DNA of 64,000 bases from an uncultured virus (IMG/VR IMGVR_UViG_3300012983_000042). Its lineage: Duplodnaviria; Heunggongvirae; Uroviricota; Caudoviricetes. The translations under genes were made by a program, and so were the position numbers. Positions 29,081 to 38,700 of the stretch are shown in pieces. The notes beneath the pieces were generated by a model, which was not told where the DNA came from, ran no database searches, and saw nothing but the letters and a program-made list of their open reading frames with translations. Position 1 is the stretch's first letter. Each line of letters opens with the position of its first letter. Location of the stretch: the IMG/VR virus record IMGVR_UViG_3300012983_000042; one strand, written 5' to 3'.

Positions 29081-29438
29081 AATGTTTTTTAAGTTTAATA
29101 AGTACTCTATAATAGAGACATTATGGAGTACAGCTGGCTTGATTATGGATCTTTTAGTATTAAGACATTGGGGCTGGTCACTATCACCAGTCTGGTACTT
29201 CAATGTTTTATTTTTATGTTCAGTGTTTATCACATTCTTTGGATTCTTCCGTGCTTTTATAAGTTGGCGATCATATAAAGTAAGAAAAGAAGATTATATT
29301 CGTGCGACTGAAATGTTTGAAAGATATGGTGTTAAAAAGTCGATTCTTTACAATATGCAACTTGAGCCTTGTTCTCAGGAAGTTGCAAAGCAATTAGCTA
29401 AAGATTTTGATGTAAAATTAGATAAAATTAACGATTAA
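29061..29438 (+). CDS. small membrane protein (about 2 TM)
   Basis: Two hydrophobic segments and a charged C-terminus; start uncertain (29061 or 29082). Confidence 0.55.
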   Translation: MKLSKTKMFFKFNKYSIIETLWSTAGLIMDLLVLRHWGWSLSPVWYFNVLFLCSVFITFFGFFRAFISWRSYKVRKEDYIRATEMFERYGVKKSILYNMQLEPCSQEVAKQLAKDFDVKLDKIND

Positions 29439-29440
29439 AA

Positions 29441-29469
29441 TTGAACTTTTCCAAAACTTCTTTTATATT
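29441..29469 (+). promoter_or_regulatory. class-1 (early) promoter
   Basis: TTGAAC-N17-TATATT. Confidence 0.8.
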
Positions 29470-29503
29470 ATTTTTGTAACAAACTGAATAAAAGGAGTAA
29501 ATT

Positions 29504-29719
29504 ATGGAATTTCGTATGACTTATCGCGGACACACTTGTGGATGGTTCAGAGAATGTGGATGTTTGTTCTTTGCTTACGATGCTCGCAAGGCTGATTATC
29601 AGCAGTATGACAGCCGCGCTCTTACAGGTCTCAAGAAAATCTTCAAAGAAAATGTTGACAAGATCGAAGGCCCTAAGGTAAAAGGACAGAAGTACCCAAC
29701 AGAACAGTGGAAGTGCTAA
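29504..29719 (+). CDS. hypothetical early protein
   Basis: AGGAG SD after a class-1 promoter. Confidence 0.7.
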   Translation: MEFRMTYRGHTCGWFRECGCLFFAYDARKADYQQYDSRALTGLKKIFKENVDKIEGPKVKGQKYPTEQWKC

Positions 29720-29729
29720 GGAGTTCAAT

Positions 29730-30017
29730 ATGAAAAGAAGCGAAGTTCTTATTCAGAAAATTGCAAAAACATTCAACATTAGCGAAGCAACTGCAGCTGA
29801 TATTTACAAAATTGTGAATACCTTTGATTGGAAAGTTTTCTGCTCTTATATGGCTGATTATGATCATCCTGAAGAAAGAACTGAAGCTCGTCACGAACTT
29901 CTTGCAAAAAGAGATAATTACGCTGAAAGCTTCAGAGAAACATTTGATGAAATTGAAACATTCATTCATAACTGGGAAGATTACAATATCCATAAGATGG
30001 ACGAGGAGGTAGAATAA
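29730..30017 (+). CDS. hypothetical protein
   Basis: AGGAG SD. Confidence 0.75.
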   Translation: MKRSEVLIQKIAKTFNISEATAADIYKIVNTFDWKVFCSYMADYDHPEERTEARHELLAKRDNYAESFRETFDEIETFIHNWEDYNIHKMDEEVE

Positions 30018-30403
30018 TGTTTTATATTATAACTGATAATGGGATCAACATTTCAGAAGCAGGCCGTTCACCTTTATTTATAAATAAAGAACACGAAGAG
30101 TATCAAAACGTTAAAGACAATATCAAAACTCTTTCATACAATGAAATCTTAAATATGATTGACCTTAAGTCAAAAATCGTTGGATATGTAAATGAAAAAA
30201 CTGAAACATACTTTAACGAAGACGGCGACTTAGAGATGAAAGTTGACTTTAATCAGTCAGCATATGATTTAGTGAGTCTTGCAAAACATCAAATCACTGA
30301 TGGCCGATATGAAAAAGATTTAACTGAAAAAGAAAAATATCTTTTGAAGTTGTTGAACAATGATAGTCTACATCTTGTGGGTGTAAAATTGATATTTGAG
30401 TAG
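30017..30403 (+). CDS. hypothetical protein
   Basis: GGAGG SD, TAATG coupling. Confidence 0.75.
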   Translation: MFYIITDNGINISEAGRSPLFINKEHEEYQNVKDNIKTLSYNEILNMIDLKSKIVGYVNEKTETYFNEDGDLEMKVDFNQSAYDLVSLAKHQITDGRYEKDLTEKEKYLLKLLNNDSLHLVGVKLIFE

Positions 30404-30427
30404 TTAATATATAAAAGAGGTATTAAG

Positions 30428-30751
30428 ATGAAATTCTATATAAGCGGACCTATTACAATCGACCCAGAACATTGGAGAGAACACTTCGCTGATGCAGAGG
30501 AAACTTTACGACAAAAATATCCTACAGCAGAGATTATAAATCCTCTAACTCTTGAAGATGACCCTGAGTACATTGAAGCACAAAAACATCTTGAAGGTGA
30601 AGAACTTTATAATTGGGTTATGCGTCGTGACATAAGTTATGTAACAGAATGTTCACATATTTACGCATTAAAAGGATGGGAAGCAAGTAGAGGTGCTCGA
30701 CTTGAAGTGTTTGTTGGAACATCATTAGGACTTAAAGTAATCACAGAATAA
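30428..30751 (+). CDS. DUF4406-like (nucleoside 2-deoxyribosyltransferase fold) protein
   Basis: FYISGPIT, INP, IYALKGWEASRGARLE. Confidence 0.8.
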   Translation: MKFYISGPITIDPEHWREHFADAEETLRQKYPTAEIINPLTLEDDPEYIEAQKHLEGEELYNWVMRRDISYVTECSHIYALKGWEASRGARLEVFVGTSLGLKVITE

Positions 30752-30777
30752 AATAATTTTATCATAGAGGTAATAAT

Positions 30778-31068
30778 ATGAAATCTTACATCAAAGAGTT
30801 TAAGTATCACGGAACATCAAGAAAGCTGTTTGTTATGCGTGAAACAACTATTCTGACAAAAGATGAAGAAGGCAACGAAAAAGACCTCGGTGCTGTTGAT
30901 GGAATTGAATTGACTTATCTTAATGAAGATGAAGCCAATAGAGTAACAGAAGCGTTAAAAGATCACGAAGTAAAGAATGTATTTACTAAAGGTGAACCTA
31001 TTGACGGCTACGACCCAGCTTGGGGAAAAGCTTGGCGTCGTTATGACAAATCAAAGTTCGAGGAATAA
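30778..31068 (+). CDS. hypothetical protein
   Basis: GAGG SD. Confidence 0.75.
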   Translation: MKSYIKEFKYHGTSRKLFVMRETTILTKDEEGNEKDLGAVDGIELTYLNEDEANRVTEALKDHEVKNVFTKGEPIDGYDPAWGKAWRRYDKSKFEE

Positions 31069-31071
31069 CTG

Positions 31072-31815
31072 ATGAAAACAAAAATGAACATTCGTGAAGC
31101 AGCTCGATATATTGAAAAAGAGAATCCTAGCTTCAAAGACTTTTATAAGAAGAACAAATCTTATTCAAAAGACGACGCCGAAGAACTTTATATCAATGCT
31201 AAATTACTGATTGAGTCAAGACAGTTTTTAGAAAAAGCTCGTGGTGTTGAAAAGTATTGTGTTGACACATTTAGATACGGCTACATTGGTAAAAAAGTAT
31301 CTGATATGAATGGAAGTGAGTTCGTTCAAACACGCAGAGGCCGTCCTTATGGGTACATCGCTGCAGTGTTAGGCACAGATGACAAAGTATATGTTGGCTA
31401 TACTTTCATTAGTGAGAATGAACTTTTCCCTCATCCTGTGATTGGTCAAGCTATTGCTTTAAAGAATGCTATAGCTAACAGAGCTAAAAACATTTCTTGT
31501 GAAATGATTCTTGACGGATCACACCAAGGCAAGCTTGTCAACTGCTATCTTAATAGTGAAAGCAAGACGATGTTGAAACACTTTTATGACCGCGCACGAC
31601 GTTACTTCTTACCAGAAGTTTATTCATACTCAAGAGGGCTTGAGCCACTTAAAGATCCAAACTTTGTAGACATTCACTTGCAGCAATTTGCTCAAGCAGT
31701 TATCAACGCGACTGACCAAGATGAGTTTGAGTGGGCGCTTGAACGTCTTGCAAAGATGATTAAGCAGGCGAACCCAAATCTTCTTGTAGATGAAGTTATC
31801 AAAATAAAATCGTAA
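31072..31815 (+). CDS. hypothetical protein
   Basis: 247-aa ORF in the operon. Confidence 0.75.
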   Translation: MKTKMNIREAARYIEKENPSFKDFYKKNKSYSKDDAEELYINAKLLIESRQFLEKARGVEKYCVDTFRYGYIGKKVSDMNGSEFVQTRRGRPYGYIAAVLGTDDKVYVGYTFISENELFPHPVIGQAIALKNAIANRAKNISCEMILDGSHQGKLVNCYLNSESKTMLKHFYDRARRYFLPEVYSYSRGLEPLKDPNFVDIHLQQFAQAVINATDQDEFEWALERLAKMIKQANPNLLVDEVIKIKS

Positions 31816-31818
31816 TGT

Positions 31819-31849
31819 ATTGGGAGCTTCGGCTCCCAATGTTAATATA
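31819..31849 (+). promoter_or_regulatory. UUCG-tetraloop hairpin running into a class-2 motif
   Basis: ATTGGGAGC-TTCG-GCTCCCAAT then GTTAATATA. Confidence 0.6.
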
Positions 31850-31865
31850 ATTTTAGAGGAAATAA

Positions 31866-33197
31866 ATGGCAAATAAATCAATAAACTGGTCTATAAGTCT
31901 TCGTCCAACAAAACTTAGAGATGTGTATGGACTTGACAAACTGAAAACATTTGCATATAAAGCTGTAAAGAAGAATGAGTGGCCTGAAGCTATGTTGCTT
32001 CAAGCAAAGTACGGCACAGGTAAAACGACTGCTGCAAAGATTTTAGCTCAAATGATGGTATGTCAACACCCTGAGAGTGACGGCGAACCTTGTGGTGAAT
32101 GTCCATCTTGTAAAGCTATAGTTGATGAAACTTGGTCAAGAGATGTTATCAACCTTGACGGTGCAAAAGATAAGTCGGAAGATATTATTGAAAAGTTGGA
32201 TGCTTTCACAGCAACAGCTCCTTTTAAAGATAAAACAAAAGTTGTAATTCTCGATGAAATGCAAGCTCTCTCTGCTCAATGTAAATCAAAACTTTTGAAG
32301 TTGTTGGAAAGTAAAAGAGGAAATGTTCATTACATTTTTACATCAATGGTAGATGAGTCTTCAAATAGTAAAATGTCTGAAGCATCTATTAAAGCATTGA
32401 CATCTCGTCTTATGACATTCAAATATCCACAGTTTGGTGAACTCGATATTATGAAGTATCTTTATTCAATTATTAAAAAGTTGAACATTGACGCGCCTAT
32501 TGAGTTTAAGACAAGAGGGCTCCAACTTATTGCACAAAACTGTGATGGCTCACTTCGTCGTGCCACAATGATTTTACAGCAATGTGTTGAGACTGAAACA
32601 TTTGATCTTGAAGGCATTAAGCAGTCATTCGGGCTTGCAAATGTTGAAGACTTTTATCAAACATTACTTCGTTTAATGAACGGTGAAAACTCTAAAGAAT
32701 TGTTTGAAACTTTAATCAATGTAAATGACTACGACGGTCACATTAGATTATCTGTTCTTGCATTCGCAAATGCTGAAACATATCGTTTGTTTGGCACAAT
32801 AAACGAATACAATGGAAACGGTAAAAAAGTTGATGATAAGCTTGAATGTGAACTTATTGATTTGTTCGCTCGAGTAAACTCCCAAAAAGATGCTGCAAAG
32901 ACAATGTCAGATTGGCAAAAGAATAAAACTATCGCTGATCTTGAGCCGCTTATTAAACATCCAAACTACTCAAAAGTTCGTGATATGTTTGCCGACTTCT
33001 ATAAAGATAATTCAATTTACACTACAAAAGCTTCTTACATTCTTGGAATGACAAGGATCATAGATGCTTGTAGAAATAAACAACCTGCAAGAATTGTGGA
33101 ACAAGCTGCTCCTCAGCCTGCAGCTCCAAAGTACGCAGCAGCCGATGAAGGCCCTTTACCACAACCTACTGTAGGAAGAAGAATTATTACAAGTTAG
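31866..33197 (+). CDS. DnaX (Pol III gamma/tau)-like clamp loader ATPase
   Basis: LRPTKLRDVYG, GTGKTT, C4 zinc motif (C..PCGECPSC), ILDEMQ, SRL arginine finger, GSLR. Confidence 0.9.
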   Translation: MANKSINWSISLRPTKLRDVYGLDKLKTFAYKAVKKNEWPEAMLLQAKYGTGKTTAAKILAQMMVCQHPESDGEPCGECPSCKAIVDETWSRDVINLDGAKDKSEDIIEKLDAFTATAPFKDKTKVVILDEMQALSAQCKSKLLKLLESKRGNVHYIFTSMVDESSNSKMSEASIKALTSRLMTFKYPQFGELDIMKYLYSIIKKLNIDAPIEFKTRGLQLIAQNCDGSLRRATMILQQCVETETFDLEGIKQSFGLANVEDFYQTLLRLMNGENSKELFETLINVNDYDGHIRLSVLAFANAETYRLFGTINEYNGNGKKVDDKLECELIDLFARVNSQKDAAKTMSDWQKNKTIADLEPLIKHPNYSKVRDMFADFYKDNSIYTTKASYILGMTRIIDACRNKQPARIVEQAAPQPAAPKYAAADEGPLPQPTVGRRIITS

Positions 33198-33207
33198 AGG
33201 TAGCTAT

Positions 33208-33495
33208 ATGCCAATGAAGAATAAAGAAAGTGTCCCTCAAGGGAAAAATGAATTAACTGCAACAATCGAAAAAATCTTACAGGACTTTGGCGGAACAAAG
33301 TATAAAGCTTATTCAACTTCCGACTTCCTAAAAGAAGTGAACGGGCGACTTGATGCTTGTATGATCATCGCTAAAGGTCCAATTAAAGTTTTGACAGCAA
33401 ACTTAAAACGAAGAGTAAACAAAAAGACAACAGTTGAAGACATTCTTTTTGAATTGAATGAAACTATGTTTGCCTTTTTTGAAGGTGGTGAATAA
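33208..33495 (+). CDS. hypothetical protein
   Basis: GAGG SD. Confidence 0.7.
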   Translation: MPMKNKESVPQGKNELTATIEKILQDFGGTKYKAYSTSDFLKEVNGRLDACMIIAKGPIKVLTANLKRRVNKKTTVEDILFELNETMFAFFEGGE

Positions 33496-34110
33496 GTGGA
33501 CTACGCAAACAAAACGCTAAATGAACTTCTTTCATATGAAGTTGCACAAATTGACGACTACGACATCAGAGAGTTCGTTAAGATGACCTTAGATAATGTG
33601 GACCCAATACATCGTATCAAGCCTGCATCATCTACAGGAAAGTATCATCCTAAGTATGCTTCTGGCGAAGGTGGCCTTATCCGCCACATTAAAGTTGTTG
33701 TACAGAATGTTATCGAACTTATTAGAGCAACTCCTGCAGTTGAAAGTGAAAAAGATGAATTGATTGCAGCTGCTATACTTCACGATATGTGGAAGTATCC
33801 TGAAGGCCGTGATCACGAGTTTACAGCTTTCGATCACCCAGCACTTGGCGGACAATGGTGTAAGGACCACGGATTTGACACTATTGGAAGACTGATTGCT
33901 GCACATCAAGGCATTTGGACAACATCACGTCAGATGCCAGGATTTGAGAATGAGCAGCCAAGAAAGTTTGATGAGTGGGTACTCCATTACAGTGATTTAA
34001 TGGCGTCACGAGCTTATCTTGCTTGCGACTTCGACGAACTTGGAGATGTTGTACTTGACCCGTGGGCAACACGAAAAGAAGACAACACAAAACCTGTTGG
34101 TAGGACATAA
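33496..34110 (+). CDS. HD-domain phosphohydrolase
   Basis: PASSTGKYHP, GGLIRH, ILHD, HP, HQG, HYSD. Confidence 0.88.
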   Translation: MDYANKTLNELLSYEVAQIDDYDIREFVKMTLDNVDPIHRIKPASSTGKYHPKYASGEGGLIRHIKVVVQNVIELIRATPAVESEKDELIAAAILHDMWKYPEGRDHEFTAFDHPALGGQWCKDHGFDTIGRLIAAHQGIWTTSRQMPGFENEQPRKFDEWVLHYSDLMASRAYLACDFDELGDVVLDPWATRKEDNTKPVGRT

Positions 34111-34122
34111 AAATTAGTCATA

Positions 34123-34150
34123 AAAGGACGGTCTTTTGAACCGTCCTTTC
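34123..34150. terminator. bidirectional terminator
   Basis: AAAGGACGG...CCGTCCTTT between convergent genes. Confidence 0.75.
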
Positions 34151-34153
34151 TTA

Positions 34154-34378
34154 TTAGAAGCGCGGCATACTAGGCATTCTAAATGAAGGCATTGAAGGCG
34201 TTGAAAGTCCGCTTTGTCTTGCGCTCTCTTTTTCTTCTGCTTCTTTCCTAGCTTTTGCTTCTTTCTCAAGATATCTTCTTAGAGCATTGTAGATACCAAT
34301 AGTAATATGCATTGGCATCTTCATCAACTCAGCAAAACTATTACTTGTCTCTTTAGACAAACTCAATAGTAACTCCAT
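34154..34378 (-). CDS. tail/baseplate assembly chaperone downstream ORF (probably expressed as a +1 frameshift extension)
   Basis: SFAELMKMP...coiled coil; no SD; the frame is open upstream to about 34441. Confidence 0.6.
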   Translation of the reverse strand: MELLLSLSKETSNSFAELMKMPMHITIGIYNALRRYLEKEAKARKEAEEKESARQSGLSTPSMPSFRMPSMPRF

Positions 34379-35435
34379 CAGACTTGTTATCGCGTATGGT
34401 CTGAAGAATAGTAAATAGTCGAAAGGTATAGTGTATCTTTGTCACCGCCTTCGTATAAGGGTCAATTACTTTCACATCTTCGATTGGCCCGATTTTCATA
34501 TCTTCATAAAGTTTGTTTACTTGCTCAAATGTTGCGTGATCTAATCGTGGATCATCAGCGTAAGTAAGCTTTTTGTCTAATGGTAAGTCTGAGATGTCAA
34601 CACCGTCTATAGACTTTAAGTGAAGTGCTTTTACAGCTCTTGCTGCAAACTTTGCTTTTTTCTTTTGGAACTCATAGAAAGCGTCCATATCTTGTTGTGT
34701 AAACTTAGGGATTCTTTCAAGAGGTACTAATTCACCCTCTTTCCAAGCATCTTCCATCTTTTTACGGAACTTTACATTTTCTGTGATTGAAGCAAACTTA
34801 CGTTCACCTTCTTTAATCTCAGGAATGTTCATAATAAACTTTTTCAAAAGAATTGTATCACCATATCTTGGATAAGTGTACTCAATCACGAAGTCTTTTC
34901 CTGTCTCAGGATCTTTTTGTGTTACACGAACTGTTCCTGTGACTTTTTCTGGGATTTCATAATATCCCACTTGTTTAAGGTCTATGTCAAAGAACTGCTT
35001 TTCTTCTCCACGTTTAATTGCATCTATACGACGACGGTAAGAGTCTGTGTCTGCTCCGCCTTCTTCTTTTGCAATAACTTCTTTATCTTCTTCAGTTAAT
35101 TCCCAAGGAAGATTTTTTAATGTTGTTTGATAAAATCTTCTGTATAGACGAAGGAATGTTTCAACGACTTCTCCTTGGTGAAACTTTAGTACATCAACGT
35201 CTTTTTCCCAAATAAGCCCTTGCAACATTTCAGCTACAGCTTCCTGCATCTTATCATCATCTTCGATTGCTAGTCCAACAAGGTCTTCTGTCTTGAAGTT
35301 ACGAATGTGAAACACCTTAGGCGCGCCAAACTTACCTTTAGTTGATAGTTCAACGGTCATATAGCCCATTGGAACTTTTGGCTGTTCTGCAATTTCAGTT
35401 GCTTGTTCATCTAGTGTCTTATTAGATACTTCCAT
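34353..35435 (-). CDS. baseplate hub/tail assembly chaperone-like protein (T4 gp26-like)
   Basis: GGAGG SD, class-3 motif, position next to the baseplate genes, overlap with the downstream ORF. Confidence 0.5.
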   Translation of the reverse strand: MEVSNKTLDEQATEIAEQPKVPMGYMTVELSTKGKFGAPKVFHIRNFKTEDLVGLAIEDDDKMQEAVAEMLQGLIWEKDVDVLKFHQGEVVETFLRLYRRFYQTTLKNLPWELTEEDKEVIAKEEGGADTDSYRRRIDAIKRGEEKQFFDIDLKQVGYYEIPEKVTGTVRVTQKDPETGKDFVIEYTYPRYGDTILLKKFIMNIPEIKEGERKFASITENVKFRKKMEDAWKEGELVPLERIPKFTQQDMDAFYEFQKKKAKFAARAVKALHLKSIDGVDISDLPLDKKLTYADDPRLDHATFEQVNKLYEDMKIGPIEDVKVIDPYTKAVTKIHYTFRLFTILQTIRDNKSDGVTIEFV

Positions 35436-35457
35436 TATATCCTCCGATAAATTAGTC

Positions 35458-35739
35458 TTATATTGCTTTATTTAAGATACCAAGAAACTCTATAAACTCT
35501 TTCTTAGTATGTTTAGTCTTAAAAAAGTCGAGATAGCTTTTATTTGAAAAAATAATATTTGAGTAAACTCCACAGTCGCTTTTTGTAAAGCAGTCCAATA
35601 TAGCATTTCTTAAAAAAGGATTAAGTATCTTTTTTCCTTTTATAAGATTTTCTGTAAGAGTGTAGTCAAGATTAAAGTCAAGGCTGCTGCGTACTTTTTC
35701 ATACGCAGCGTCAAATCCGCAAATTACATCCAATATCAT
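35458..35739 (-). CDS. hypothetical protein
   Basis: 93-aa ORF following the large structural gene. Confidence 0.6.
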   Translation of the reverse strand: MILDVICGFDAAYEKVRSSLDFNLDYTLTENLIKGKKILNPFLRNAILDCFTKSDCGVYSNIIFSNKSYLDFFKTKHTKKEFIEFLGILNKAI

Positions 35740-35744
35740 ATTTA

Positions 35745-38700
35745 TTATATAGTATCACCAGTCATATTGCCGTGATATATCACGGCTGTAAATGCTGCGT
35801 GTTGCTTTTCAGTACGATACTCAATAGGCGGGAATTGAGCATAAGCAATCATTTTGTGATTCTTATCAAAGATCCCCATCTCTGTAATCTTTGCGATAGT
35901 TGAGTCATCTTGAACATTTGTAGTAAAGTCTCTCAATGTGTTTACAGAGTAAGATGCTTGTAATGTTGCTGCTAAATTTGAGTTGTCATTATTAAACATT
36001 TTACTTAAATTACTTACATTGAAGTTAAGTCCATACAAAGTCATATCGCCATCATTTGAGTTGATAAGATTTTTATAGTGGTCGTCACCTTCAGAAAGAA
36101 GTAATTCAATGTCGCCTGTAGGTGCATCAAAGTTGATAAAGTTTTCTCTTACTCTTAAAGCCCCATCTTCTGCTACAATTTGACTTAATTCATTCATTGA
36201 TACATAAGGATACTCAACATCATTTACAAGTGATTGTGAAGCACCCGACTTTTTATATCTACAAATATCAACTTTCTGAACCCACTTTTTATTTTCAATC
36301 TTTGGTGAAATATGTATAATCTGCCAAAGAGGATTTACCTCATTGTTTGGAGTATAAATATTTTCATAGTACCAGTCTTGACAAGTTGGATTTATAGGCT
36401 TTGGTGATATATACCGATTGTCAACGCCCATATAAACATTTGCAGAACAGTTGCCATCTTCGTTGCTGTCAAGACGGTACTCAACGCCATTCTCATCAAA
36501 GTTTACATAGTGGCCCTGTTCATCACACATAAAGATATTTACACCATTAGAGTTGCGGTAGTCTTCATCATAGTAAGCATAATTGTTTTCTGAGTTAAAG
36601 ATCTTTGAACCAACTTTAATTGGAGGAACTGGTGATCCTTTTGGGTTGTACCAAACTCTGTTAGGCGTAAACAAACTCAATTGATCTTTAGAGAGTTCAT
36701 AATAGTAGCTTGAGTCATTCATATGCTTTGGCGCGAGTGATTGCTCTGCTACAGTAAGAATCTTAAACTTAAAGTAATGCTCAACTCCATCATTATAGTC
36801 TTCATTAAACTCTACAGGAGCATTCAATTTAATCTCAGAGTTGTCTTCAGCAGTTGATGCAACTTTTATTGAAGTTAGCTTTGACTCATCATAATAGATG
36901 CCTTTATCAATCATTACACCTTCACCATAAAGCAAGTTTTGGAATGTACTATATTTAGGCTTTTTAGAAATAGAATATCCATAAAGGCCTTTAACAATGT
37001 TGCCTGCAGCCAACTCAAAATGTTTTGAATAGCCAAGGTAAAGAACTTCATCATCACATTTAGTGAATCTGTCTGAAGGGATGTTGATTTCTTCAAGTAT
37101 GATCGCATCACCTAAATAGCGTTCTTCAGGTGAACGTTCAATAGCTTCATAGTCAAGTTCTATAATAGCAGCTCTCCAAACAGTTGAACCGTTTACAACT
37201 ATACTTCTTTCAACAGGATCGTTACCTGCTGCAAAAGAAATTGAAAGTCTGTCATCTTCAATTAAGTATGAACATTCGTTTGTTTTAATATCTGCAGTTG
37301 TTAAGTCAAAGTTGCCATCAACATCTGTCAATGAAAGTTTATATGTTACAGTTTTTGTGTTGTTAGTTGAGTTTTCATCAGGCTTTGAAATAAGTCCATA
37401 ATCTTTATAGTAGATAATAGTTGTGTCTTCACCCTCAAGAGTATCAACCCAAACAGTTGAATTACTTTCATTTACTGTAAATGTTGATTCTATTTCATCA
37501 ACAAAGTCAATCCCGTTTGCTTTGTACTTAATGTTAAACTTAGCAGTAACATTTGTAGAAGGCAAGCCAATGCATTCTCCTACAACAAGATACCCATCTT
37601 CAAGAGTTGCTTCATAACACTTTTCACCATTATAGTTGAACAAAGCGTTTTCTTTAAGTTCAAAGTCTTCTATGCGTTCTGCGTTTTTATAAAATCTTAA
37701 TAAAACTTTTGAGCCTTTTCTTACATAATCACAAGAGTGACATTCTTTAATATCTGTTTTGTGAAGCTTATAAAATGATTTAGACTCTTCACCATCATCT
37801 GTACAAACTGTTATTGTGTTCATACCATCATTTAAGAAACTGTCATAAGTAACATCATACCCATCATCTTCTATGAATTGGATAGCATCAAATGTTTTAA
37901 TTCTTGTACCAATATTATCTGTTAAGAAAACATAGTCATCAACTGAGTTTTTCAAATAAGAATCTTCAAACGCAGCAGGGTCTCTTTCCCAAGGTGTTGT
38001 TCTTGTGATAGATGTGTTGTTTCTTAATCCGCCGTATCCCATAGGATGATAGTATATACCTGAAGCAAGAGCTCCTGCTTTAATCATATTACCCGTGTCT
38101 TCACTGAAGTCAAGTATAGGATTCGGAATCACAGTCATACCATTGCCGCCGTTATAGAATGTATAAGGGATGTTCAATGTACCACAGATAAATCTTCTTG
38201 ACTTAAGAACAAACACATTATACTTTTTATCATATAAATATTTTTTCTTCCCTACCGACTTATAGATGAATCTTGATGCAGCATCTGCAAAGTTGTTGTC
38301 AGGTCCACCAAAGAAATCTTCCATATTTTCAACGAAGCTAACGACTGAGTCATATGTAGCTGTATCGCCTTCTTCTACGCCCTCTTCTTCAAGGAACTCA
38401 CTTAAAGCAGTGTTGCTATCAAACATAGCAAGAACACTTGCTTCATCGAACTCTTTCATAAAGGTGTAAGATTTTGAACCCTTAACCAATGAAGTGAACT
38501 CGTCATCATCTTCCATAACAGTTGCATTTGAAGTAAAGTCTTTTAAAGAATGAGCAGGCTTTCCTTGAGGAAGAAGTTGACTTGCACTTAAACCAGAGCC
38601 TAATGATGATGCAAAGTCAATCATCGCTTCTATAGGTTTCCCATCAGCATCTTTACGATTTGAGAATGCAAAAAGCTGACCATCTTCAGAACATTTTACA

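Noticed and set aside
32820..32831. dnaX-type -1 frameshift at GGT AAA AAA GTT
   Set aside because: Not the in-frame A AAA AAG heptamer; no evident stimulator; A-runs are common here
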